This document shows, piece by piece, positions 1 to 11,446 of a DNA stretch of 64,000 bases. The number at the start of each line of letters is the position of its first letter. Position 1 is the stretch's first letter. A model generated the notes under the pieces. The model made no database searches. It was given only the letters and a program-made list of their open reading frames with translations, and had not been told where the DNA came from. This DNA is from the human T2T-CHM13v2.0 reference genome, Homo sapiens. Made by a program: the position numbers and the translations under genes. The stretch lies in the NCBI RefSeq assembly GCF_009914755.1, contig NC_060927.1. The stretch is one strand, 5' to 3'.

Positions 1-122
1 CCTTGGTTGGCAGGTTTTCTTCCTTCAGCATTTTGAATATGTTGCCACACTCTCTCCTGGTCTATATAGTTTCCATTGAGAAGTATTTTGCCCGACAAAT
101 CAAAGCCCCTTTATGTGTTATT

Positions 123-927
<805 letters not shown>

Positions 928-2185
928 TTTAGCTTTTTTTTTCCCCTTGCTACTTTTTGGATCCTCTCTTTACCCTTCCTCTTTGAGACTTTGATTGTTA
1001 TATGCCTTGGAGTAGTCTTATTTGGGTTAAATCTGTTTGGTGATCTCTAATCTCTTGTACCTGGATATTTATATATTTCTCTAGGTTTGGAAAGCTTTCT
1101 GTTAATATTTCTTTGAATATTTTCTTGATCTTGCTCAAATCCCTCTTGAATGCCAATAACTTCTAGATTTTCTCTTTTAAGGTTATTCTGTATATCTTGC
1201 AGATGATTTTGTTTCTTTCCACATGTTTTTAAATTTATTTATCTGATTGTTTTCCAGAAGCCTTTGAGCTCACTGATTGTTTCTTCTACTTGATCCATTA
1301 TGCTGTTCAGAGCCTCCAATACATTTTTTAGCTCAACAAATATCTTTCTCCTTTCCCAAATTTATGTTTGGTTTTCAAAAGTATTTCAGTTCCTTTGTTA
1401 AATTTTTCTAAGTTTTTTAATTGATTTTCTGTGTTTCCTTGGAGTTTGCTGAGTTTTATTAGAATTGCTATTTTTAAATTTTTATTTGAAAGCTTATGCA
1501 TTCCGTCACTGGCTCTTGCTTTTTTCATTTGGAAAGGTCATGTTTCCCTGATTGCTATTGTTTCTGTTGGATATCCATATATGGCTTCAAATGAAGGATG
1601 ATTTATTCCAGTCTTCACAGTCTGGCTTGTTTTGGTTGTTTTAGAGTATGTTTGCCTAGAAGTTGTTTTTTTTCTTTTTTCAGTTGCCTGTGGGTGATAA
1701 AAATATCAATCAAAGTAACTGGGAAGGAGTGGGATGTTAAAAGAAGTCAAAGCTGGCAACATCTTGCAGTTGAGGAATGACAGGAGAAATGCTTTGAGTC
1801 AGATACAGCATAGTGGTAACCTTGAGCATTCTGTTCAGCTTGAAGTAGGATTCTGCTCATGGCTTGTGTTACATCATAGTATCCATCCTTACGAATAAAA
1901 TTGTGATGATATGAGTAGAAATATGGGAGAACTAGTATACAAGGAATGAAATAGTGAGATAATTGAATACATGACTTTGACAAATAAAGAAGTAGAAACA
2001 GAAAAGACCATGACTTAATATGCAAGTACTTACATGGGGTTAGGCAAATCTACATGTGTGAGGGGTAAAGCAGAAATACTAACTGCAGGCCCCCGAATGG
2101 TGGTGGCAACATTAAGAAACTGATAGAATCTTTTTTTGCAGAGACTAGAAAGTGACCTTAGAATTAAAATTATTGAAAAGAAAGC

Positions 2186-2596
2186 TTTCATGGGCGTCCG
2201 TGTGAAGAGACCACCAAACAGGCTTTGTGTGAGCAACATGGCTGTTTATTCCACCTGGGTGCAGGTGGGCTGAGTCCGAAAAGAGAGTCAGCGAAGGGAG
2301 ATGGGGTGGGACCGTTTTATAGGATTTGGGTAGGTAAAGGAAAATTACAGTCAAAGGGGGGTTGTTCTCTGGCGGGCAGAGTTGGGGTCACAAGGTGCTC
2401 AGTAGGGGAGCTTTTGAGCCAGGATGAGCCAGGAGAAGGAATTTCACAAGACAATGTCATCAGTTAAGGCAGGAACAGGCCATTTTCACTTCTTTTGTGG
2501 TGGAATGTCATCAGTTAAGGCAGGAACCGGCCATCTGGATGTGTACGTGCAGGTCACAGGGGATATGATGGCTTAGCTTGGGCTCAGAGGCTGACA
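2186..2596 (-). repeat. 3' LTR7 of HERV-H
   Basis: Minus strand TGTCAG-CCTCTGAGCCCAAG...CATGAAA; AATAAA poly(A) signal at 2245-2250. Confidence 0.97.
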
Positions 2597-2779
2597 TTCC
2601 TGTCTTCTTATATTAATAAGAAAAATAAACAAAATAGTGGTAAAGTGTTGGGGTGGCGAAAATTTTGGGGGTTGGTATGGAGAGATAATGGGCAATGCTT
2701 CTCAGGGCTGCTTCCAGCGGGATTAGGGGCGGCGTGGGAACCTAGAGTGGGAGAGATTAAGCTGAAGGAAGATTTTGTG

Positions 2780-2970
2780 GTAAGAGGTGATATTGTTAGA
2801 AGAAACAATTGTCATTTAGAATTATTGGTGATGGCCTGGATACAGTTTTGTATGAATTGAAAAACTAAACGGAATAAGAGAAGGAGAAAAACAGATATTA
2901 AAGGTCTAAGAATTGGGAGGACTTAGGACATCTAATTAGAGTGCCTAAGGAAATTCAGCATAGTCCTGTC
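2780..2970 (-). pseudogene. HERV-H env 3' (TM/cytoplasmic) remnant; most of env deleted
   Basis: Short hydrophobic-coding remnant followed by 'IQAITNNS' upstream of the 3' LTR. Boundaries approximate. Confidence 0.5.
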
Positions 2971-3299
2971 AGCAAAGATTATTTATTTACTTCAAGAGTT
3001 AAGAGTGGCAGTTTGGGGATAGCACCAGGAGATATCAGCTGTGATGGCTTGGAGAAACAGTGTAAACCAGCAATGTAAACAAGAGCAGGGTATGTATGAG
3101 TAGTTCAGAACAGTGAATAGGAGTATGACTAGAAAGAAGATAGTAGGGATGACAAGTTTTTTGAGGCACAGTCTAAGTTAGTCTGGTGTCTGGAATGAGA
3201 CTGAGGCCTAATAAAAAGGAGCGTCTATACAGGAGCTCAAATGGGCTGTACCCTGTAGCATTCTGAGGACAGGTCTGACTTCTGAGAAGGGAAAGTGGT

Positions 3300-4990
3300 A
3301 AAAGTATTGTCCAGTCCTTTTTAAGTTGGTGGCTGAACTTGGTGAGGTGTGTTTTTAAAAGACCACTAGTCTGTTCTACTTTTCCTGAAGACTGAGGACT
3401 GTAAGGGATATAAAGGTTTCACTGAATACTAAGAGCCTGAAAAACTGCTTGGCTGATTTGACTAATAAAGGCTGGTCTGTTATCAGACTGTATAGAGGTG
3501 AGAAGGCTAAACTGAGGAATTATGTCTGACAGAAGGGAAGAAATGACTGCAGTGGCCTTCTCAGACCCTTTAGGAAAGGACTCTACTTATCCAGTGAAAG
3601 TGTCTACCTAGACTAAGAGGTATTTTAGTTATCTGACTCGGGGCATGTTGAGTAAAGCTAATTTGCCAGTTCTGGGTGGGGCAAATCCTCGAGCTTGACG
3701 TGTAGGGAAGGGAGGGGGCCTGAATAATCTTTGAGGAGTAGTAGAATAGCAGATGGAACACTGAGAAGTTATTTCCTTGAGGATAGATTTCCACAATGGA
3801 AAGTAAATGAGAGGTTTTGAGAGGCAGGCTAGTGACTTGTACTATAGCATAGCCTGCCTTTGCTGGTGTGTGGCGATTAGGCCTGGTGGAACCGCCATTA
3901 ATAAATCAAGCGTGATCAGGGTGAGGAACAGGAAAGAAGGAAATATGGGGAAATTGGGTGAATGTCAGGTGGATCAGAGAGATACAGTCATGAGGGTCAG
4001 GTGTGGTATCCAGAATAATGTGGGAGGCCAGATTGAAGTCCGGGCCAGGAACAATAGTACTTGTGGGACTTAACAAAAAGTGAGTACAGCTGAAGGAGCC
4101 AGGGAGCGGAATGTATATGCATCAGGTATGAGGAAGAAAATAGATTTTGGAAGTTATGAGAACTGTAGAAAGTAAGTTGAGCATAGTTTGTGATTTTGAG
4201 GGCCTCTAAAAGGGCGGCAGCAGCCGCTGCACGGAGACATGAGGGCTAGGCTAAAACAGTAAGGTCAAGTTGTTTGGACAGAAAGGCTACAGGGTGTGGT
4301 CCTGGCTCTTGTGTAAGAATTCTGACCACACTAACCATGCCTAGGAAGGAAAGGAGTTGTTGTTTTGTAAGGGATTGAGGTTTGGGAGATTAATCGGACA
4401 CGATCAGCAGGGAAAGCATGTGTGTTTTTATGAGAATTATGCTGAGATAGGTAACAGATGAGGATGAAATTTGGGCTTGACTGAAGTAATGGGGGCTGTC
4501 TGTGAAGCCTTGCGGCAGTACAACCCAGGTAATTTGCTGAGCCTAATGGGTGTCAGGGTCAGTCCAAGTGAAAGCAAAGAGAGGCTGGGACGAGGGGTGC
4601 AGGGGAATAGTGAAAAAAGCATCTTTAAGATCAAGAACGGAATAGTGAGTTGTGGAGGAAGGTATTGAGGACAAAAGAGTGTATGAGTTGGGCACCACAG
4701 GATGGATAGGCAAAACAATTTGGTTGATAAGGCACAGATCCTGAACTAATCTGTAAGACTTGTCCAGTTTTTGGACAGGTAAAATGGGGGAATTGTAAGG
4801 AGAGTTTATAGGTTTTAGAAGCCCATGCTGTAGCAGGTGAGTGATAACAGGCTTTAATCCTTTTAAAGTGTGCTGTGGGATGGGATATTGGCATTGAGTG
4901 GGGTAAGCATGATTAGGTTTTAATGGGATGGTAATGGGCATGTGATCGGTTGCCAGGGAAGGAGTAAGATGTCCCATACTTGTGGGTTAA
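3300..4990 (-). pseudogene. HERV-H pol remnants (RT N-terminal half and integrase core), disrupted
   Basis: ORF 4543-4977 has QYPIP...SPYNSPILPVQK...YRLVQDL...VLDLKDAFFTIPL. LPQGF lies at 4504-4518. Integrase-like 'WQISFT' occurs in ORF 3570-3794. Stops and frameshifts present. Confidence 0.9.
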
Positions 4991-5108
4991 GTTGGGGGGA
5001 TACGAGAGGAAGATGAGAAGGAGGCTTTGGGTTGGGGAGAAGGGTGGCAATGAGATGCGGCTGTAGTCCAGGAATAGTCAGGGAAGCAGATAATTTGGTT
5101 AAAATATC

Positions 5109-5340
5109 TCAGCCTAATAAGGGAACTGGGCAGGTGGGGATAAAGAAAAAAGAGTGCATAAAAGAGTGTTGTCCAAGTTGGCACCAGAGTTGGGGAGTTT
5201 TCAGGGGTTTAGAAGCCTGGCCGTCAATACCTACAACAATTATGGAGGTAAGGGAAACAGGCCCTTGAAAAGAAGGTAATGTGGAGTGGGTAGTCTCTGT
5301 ATTGACTAAGGGGACGGACTTACCTTCCACTGTGAGAGTT
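5109..5340 (-). pseudogene. HERV-H protease remnant
   Basis: EGKSVPLVNTETTHSTL...VVGIDG; the catalytic DTGA is degraded to NTET. Confidence 0.75.
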
Positions 5341-5410
5341 ACCTGAAGCTCGGCATCCGTGATGGTCTACGGGGCTTCCGAGGTGATCGGGTAGCGTCAG
5401 TCTTCAGCTG

Positions 5411-5737
5411 CTAAGCCGAGAAGGAGTCAGTCAGAGAGCCTTGGGACACAGTTCCAGGGGCTCTGGGAGTGGCTACCAGGTGAGTTGAACAGTCCGATTT
5501 CCAGTGGGGTCTCGCACAGATGGGACACGGCTTAGGAGGAATCCTGGGCTGCAGGCATTCATTGGCCTGGTGGTCAGATTTCTGGCACTTGTAGCAAGCT
5601 CCTGGGGGAGGAGGTTCTGGAGGAATGCCTGGCCACTGCGGTTCAGACGTTTGGAAGTTCTTGTGTGCTGGAGGTGTGGCTGGGGTTTGTCTCACAGTGG
5701 AGGCAAGGAATTGCAACTTTTTTCTATTATTGTACAC
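5411..5737 (-). pseudogene. HERV-H gag C-terminus (nucleocapsid)
   Basis: Two zinc knuckles: CYKCQKSDHQANEC (CX2CX4HX4C) and CPICARPHWKSDC (CX2CX3HX4C). Confidence 0.9.
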
Positions 5738-6699
5738 CTTGAAGGCGAGGTTAATTAAATCCTGTTGTGGGGTTTGAGGGCTGGAATTTAATTTTTGGAG
5801 TTTTATTTAATGTCAGGAGCAGATTGGTTAATAAAATGTGTTTTGAGAATAAGATGGGCTTTTGACCTTTTAGGGTCTAGGGCTGTAAAGTGTCTCAGGG
5901 TTGCTGCCAAACAAGTCATGAACTGGGCTGGATTTTTATATTGATGAAAAAGAGCCTAAATGCTATCTGATTTAGGATAAAGAAAAAGGAGCATTAACCT
6001 TGACTATGCCTTTAGCTCCAGCCACCTTTTTAAGAGTAAATTGCTGGGCAGGTGGGGGAGGGCTAGTCAGGGAACGAAACTGTAAGCGGGACCGGGTGTG
6101 AGGAGGGGAGGTGATAAAAGGATTATAGGGTGGAGGAGTGAAGGCTGAGGAAGAATTGGGACCTAGCTCAGCCTGGCGAGGATCAGGCTGGGGAGGAGGG
6201 GAGAGGTCAGATGGGTCTGTAGAAAAGGAAGATTAGAAAGACTCAGGGACCCTTGGGGTTGCGACTGAGGGGACAGGCGGGAGGGAAAGAAGGAAGATTT
6301 GGGATGAGTTGCACCGGGCACAGAGACTAGGGAGGGACCGATGTGTAAAAGAATGCCTGGACATCAGGCACCTCAGACCGTTTGCCCATTTTGCAACAAG
6401 AATTATTTAGATCTTGTAGGATGGAAAAATTGAAAGTGCCATTTTCTGGCTATTTGGAACAACTGTCGAGTTTGTATTGGGGTCAAGTGGCATTGCAGAA
6501 GAAAATAAGATGCTTAGATTTTAGGTCAGGTGAGAATTGAAGAGGTTTTAAGTTCTTAAGAACACAGGCTAAGGGAGAAGATGGAGGAATGGAGGGTGGA
6601 AGGTTGCCCATAGTGAAAGAGGCAAGTCCAGAGAAAAGAGAGAGTAGAGAAATGGAGGGAAGGGGTTCGGGGGTTCTTACCCTCCAGAAAAGCAGGAAA

Positions 6700-6862
6700 G
6701 GGGTTGGGGCACAGAGATATGAAGTTGGGGCATGGAAATAAGGGATTGGGGCACAGAGATATAAGAGGTTGGGGTGCGGAAATAAGGGATTGGGTTACAG
6801 AGATGTAAGGGGTTGGGGTGCGGAAATAAGGGATCGGGGTGCAGAGATATAAGTGGTTGGGG
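6700..6862. repeat. G-rich tandem repeat (~44-bp period, ~3.5 copies) in the HERV-H leader
   Basis: Repeats of ggttggggtgcggaaataagggattggggcacagagatataag. Confidence 0.85.
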
Positions 6863-7449
6863 TACTTGCCCCTCCCCTAGAAAAGCAGGACTTGCCACTA
6901 AGGGTGAAGGAGAAGGGGTTGGGGGTTTCTTGCCCCCCAGAAAGGTGAAGAAGGGGTAGAGACATGGAGAGAAGGGGTTGGGGTACTTGCCCCTTCCCCA
7001 GAAAAGCGGGACTTGCCGCTAAGGGTGAAGGACCAAGGAAGGCGTCCCTGCATGGTCTGACACCTCTGAAATGTTGATGAATAATCAGAGAGGCACCCCT
7101 GCAATGATTAAACACCAAGGGAAGGCTGCCTTCCCTAGTCTGTGACCAGTGCTGGAGTTTTGGGTCCACGGATAAAATGTGTCTCCTTTGTCTCTACCAG
7201 AAAATGAAAGGAATTGAAATTAAGAGAAGGGAGAGATTGAAGTGTGGCGCCAAGATTGAAAGGAGAAAGAGATTGAGGGATAGTGAGGGAGGTTGGAGAA
7301 GAGAATAAAAAGAGGCTGCTTACTGGATTTGAAAATGGTGAGATGTTTCTTGGGCTGGGTGGTCTGAGGACCTGAGGTCGTAGGCGGACCTTTCTCATGG
7401 AGCAAAGAGCAGGAGGACAGGGGATTGATCTTCCAAGGGAGGTCCCCCG

Positions 7450-7467
7450 ATCTGAGTCATGGCACCA
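7450..7467 (-). promoter_or_regulatory. Primer-binding site, tRNA-His
   Basis: TGGTGCCATGACTCAGAT versus the His PBS TGGTGCCGTGACTCGGAT (two CpG-type changes), 2 nt downstream of the 5' LTR. Confidence 0.93.
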
Positions 7468-7469
7468 AA

Positions 7470-7881
7470 TTTCATGAGCATCTGTGGGAAGAGACCACCA
7501 AACAGACTTTGTGTGAGCACCATGGCTGTTTATTTCACCTGGGTGCAGGCAGGCTGAGTCTGAAAAGAGAGTCAGCGAAGGGAGATGGGTTGGGGCCGTT
7601 TTATAGGATTTGGGTAGGTAAAGGAAAATTACAGTCAAAGGGGGGTTGTTCTCTGGCAAGCAGAGTGGGGGTCACAAGGTGCTCAGTAGGGGAGCTTTTG
7701 AGCCAGGATGAGCCAGGAGAAGGAATTTCACAAGACAATGTCATCAGTTAAGGCAGGAACAGGCCATTTTCTCTTCTTTTGTGGTGGAATGTCATCAGTT
7801 AAGGCAGGAACCGGCCATTTGGATGTGTACGTGCAGGTCACAGGGGATATGATGGCTTAGCTTGGGCTCAGAGGCCTGACA
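7470..7881 (-). promoter_or_regulatory. 5' LTR7 of HERV-H (candidate promoter)
   Basis: TGTCAGGCCTCTGAGCCCAAG...CATGAAA, TATAAAA at 7599-7605 (minus strand), and a duplicated U3 block TTCCTGCCTTAACTGATGACATT. Confidence 0.97.
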
Positions 7882-9633
7882 AAAGCTACTATAAAGAAAA
7901 GAGAAACAAAATGTGCCAAAATTTTGTAAAAGGATTGAGTTTTAGGCAAACAGGTTACCTGGTAGTGAATTAATCTTTAGGAAACTCATGTTTAGAGTAG
8001 ATATCCTGTCCATAATTATGTAAACTGAAAACTTTTTCTGGTCTTAATATTCTGTGGTTTAGAAATATGAGAAACAGCTAAAATAAATGGGCTTTAACAC
8101 CCACAAAAATACAGATAGCAAATAAATAGAGAAATCAAAGCTATCTTAAATGCTAGTAATTAATTCTAAAAGTACCTAGCTCTCATTAAATTCTGCTTTA
8201 TGCTGCATTCTTTAGAAGGATGGGATTGATTTGTGAGCAGCAAATCTGGTACAGCCATATTTTTTTTTCAACATGAGAAAAGAGGGAAATAACTTTTAAG
8301 ACATTAAGTCTTTCAGAGCCACATTTGTGATTAAATTGAGCAATTTTAGCTCACTGCTTAAAAAAGTACTATATAATGCAAAAATTATGCACAGAGTGAA
8401 TAATAAAAGATGTGACTAGAGAGATTAAAAGTTAAACAAACCTGCAGAAATCACAGCATGACAGCAAATTCCAGATGGCTGCATTCCCCAGGGTCCTTAA
8501 GGAACTTTGAAAGGGTAAGCTGCACGTCATCCAACAGATTTTTATCTCTGAAAGCCTATAAATGAAGGAAGAAATGTTCTTGAAAATCCACCACTTCAAA
8601 GAACAGTTGTTTTGAACTCTGTGTGAGGGCTTGGCCAAGTTCATGACTCAGTCATCCAAAAAAGCCCATGCCCAAGGGATTACAATTGCTCTAACAAGAA
8701 CTTGCTCCTATGCCCTGAATGCTATTTGTTTTGCAAATGTCTCTGAAGACAATTCAGAAATCGTGTGTTTTCTTTTCTATCTTCATTGAGGTACAATTGA
8801 TGAATAGAAATTGTATATATTAAAGGTGTAAGATGTGATGACCTTATATATGTAAACACTTAAATTATTATAGCAATGGAACTAATTAACGCATCCATCA
8901 CCTCACATAGTTATCTTTTTGTGTGTGGTGAGAACACTTGATATCTACTCTCGATGCAAATTTGAAATATGCAATATAATATTATGAACTATAGTCACTA
9001 TACTGTATATTAGATCCCCAGAACTTATTTATGTTGTAACTGAAGCTTTGTACCCTTTGATCATTATCTCCCCTGCCCAACTTTGTCATCCCTCCTACAA
9101 CCACTTCCCATCCCTAGAAACTGATATTTTACTTACTGTTTCTATGAGTTTGACTTTTTTAGACTCCACATATGAGATCATACAATATTTATCTTTCTAT
9201 GTCTGGTTTATTTTATGTAGAACATGTCTTCTAGGTATATTCATGTCGCAAATGATAGAATTTCCTTTTTTAAGGGTGAATAACAAACATTTAATTATAT
9301 ATATATATCTCACATTTTCCTTATCCATTGTTCCAATGACAGACACTTAGATTGCTTTCATATCCTGACAATTGCTAATAATCGTGCTACGAAGATGAGA
9401 GTGCCAATATCTCTTTGAGATACTTATATCAATACCTTTGAATGTATACTCAGAAGTGAGATTGCTGGATCATATGAAGTTTACTAATTTTTTAAGGTAA
9501 CTTCATACTAGTTTTTATAATATCTACACAAATTTACATTCTCATCAAAAGTATATAAAATTTCTCATCTGTATAGCAAACCCCTGTGTCATGAATTTTA
9601 CCTATATAATAAACCTTCACAGCTACTGTTGTC

Positions 9634-9937
9634 TTTTTTTTTTTTTTTTTTTTGAGATGGAGTCTCGCTCTGTCACCTGGGCTGGAGTGCAGTGGCAGCA
9701 ATCTTGGCTCACTGCAACCTCTGCCTCCCAGGTTCAAGCAATTCTCCTGCCTCAGCTCCTGAGTAGCTGGAACTACAGGCGTTCACCACCACACCTGGCT
9801 AATTTTTGTATTTTTAGTAGAGATGCGGTTTCACCACATGGGTTGGCCCGGCTCGTCTTGAACTCCTGACCTTGTGATCCGCCCGCCTTGGCCTCCCAAA
9901 GTGCTGGGATTACAGGCGTGGGCCACTGAGCCCAGCC
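9634..9937 (-). mobile_element. AluS (Sg-like)
   Basis: Poly-T followed by a full antisense Alu dimer ending cccagcc. Confidence 0.93.
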
Positions 9938-11137
9938 TATCCTCACTAACATTTCTTATCTCTTGCTTTTCTAATACTAATCATCCTAATATATCAGAAG
10001 TGATATCTGATTGTGGTTTTAATGTGCATTTACCTGATTATTAGTAATACTGAACACTTTTTCATATACCTTTTGGCCATTTGTACATCTTCTTCTAAAA
10101 AATGTCTATTAAGATCCTTTGCCTTTTTGAAAATTGTGTTATTTTTGGGGATTTTTGCTTCTGAGTTGAATTCTGAATTGAGTTTTAGCCTTTATTAGAC
10201 ACATGGTTTTCAAATATTTTCTCCCATTCCATAGGTTGTATTTTCACTATGTGGGTTGTTTCATTTACTGTGCAGAAGCTTATTAGTTTGAAATAACCCC
10301 ATTTTATTTTTGCACTTGCTGCCTGTGCTTTTGGTGTCATATCTAATACATCATTTTAAAGACCAATCTCAAGGAGTTTTCCCCTACTTTTTTCTAGTAG
10401 TTTTATGGCTTTAAGGCTTCCATTTAAATTTATAATTCATTTAATGTGTGTGTACAGTGAAAGATAAAAGTCCAATTTTATTCTTTTGCATGTGGATATC
10501 AAGTTTTCCCTCTACCATTTATTGAAGAGACTATCATTTCTTCATTGTGCATTCTTGGCACCTTTGTCAAAGATTAGTTAACCATATGTGCATAGACTTA
10601 TTTCTGGGCTAGCAATTCTGGCCCATTGTTCTATATGCTGTTTTTTGTGCTGGTATCATGCTGTTTTGAATACTAGAGTTTTGTAATGTAGTTTGACATC
10701 AGGAAGTATGAAGTCTTCTGGCTAAAGATTGCTTTGCTTACTCAGGGTCTTTTGTAGTTCCATATGGATTTTAAGATTTTTTTTTCTTTTTGTTAAAAAA
10801 TATTGAAATTTTGATAGGGATTGCACTGAATCTGTGGATCACTTTAGGCAGCATGGACATTTTAATAGTATTAATTATTCCAGTTCATGTAAAGAACATA
10901 TCTTTTTGTTTTTGTGTCTTCTTCAGTTTCTTTCAGTAAGTCTTATAGTTTTTAGCATACAGATCTTTAACTTCCTTGGTTAAATTTATTCCCAAATATT
11001 TTATTCTTTAGATGCTTTTGAAAATAAATTTGTTTTTCTAATTTCCTTTTCTGATACTTTGTTATTAGTATATAGAAATACTACTGAATCTTGCTTGTTG
11101 ATTTCGTGTCTTGCAACTTTACTGAATTTATTTGTTC

Positions 11138-11446
11138 TTTTTTTTTTTTTTGACAGTCTTGCTCTGTTGCCCAGGCTAGAGTGCAGTGGCCTGATCTTGA
11201 CTCACTGCAAGCTCTGCCTCCTGGGTTCATGCCATTCTCCTGCCTCAGCCTCTCAAGTAGCTGGGACTATAGGCACATGCCACCACACCCAGCCTGGCTA
11301 TTTTTTTTTTTTTTTTTTTTGTATTTTTAGTAGAGACGAGGTTTCACCATGTTAGCCAGGATGGTCTCAATCTCCTGACCTTGTCATCCACCCGCCTTGG
11401 CCTCCCAAAGTGCTGGGATTACAGGCGTGAGCCACCGTGCCTGGCC
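11138..11446 (-). mobile_element. AluY-like with expanded central A-tract
   Basis: Diagnostics gcaagctctgcctc, gccattctcc and gttagccaggatggtctc; TSD TATTTGTTCT on both sides. Confidence 0.92.

Larger units (their letters stand above)
2186..7881 (-). mobile_element. HERV-H provirus (LTR7-HERVH-int-LTR7), internally deleted ~5.7-kb form
   Basis: Two ~412-bp LTRs, TSD AAAGC at 2181-2185 and 7882-7886, tRNA-His PBS, purine tract next to the 3' LTR, and gag zinc knuckle, protease, RT and integrase remnants. Confidence 0.98.

Noticed and set aside
7450-7467. tRNA-His-like sequence as a tRNA gene
   Set aside because: Only the 18-nt retroviral PBS; there is no cloverleaf.
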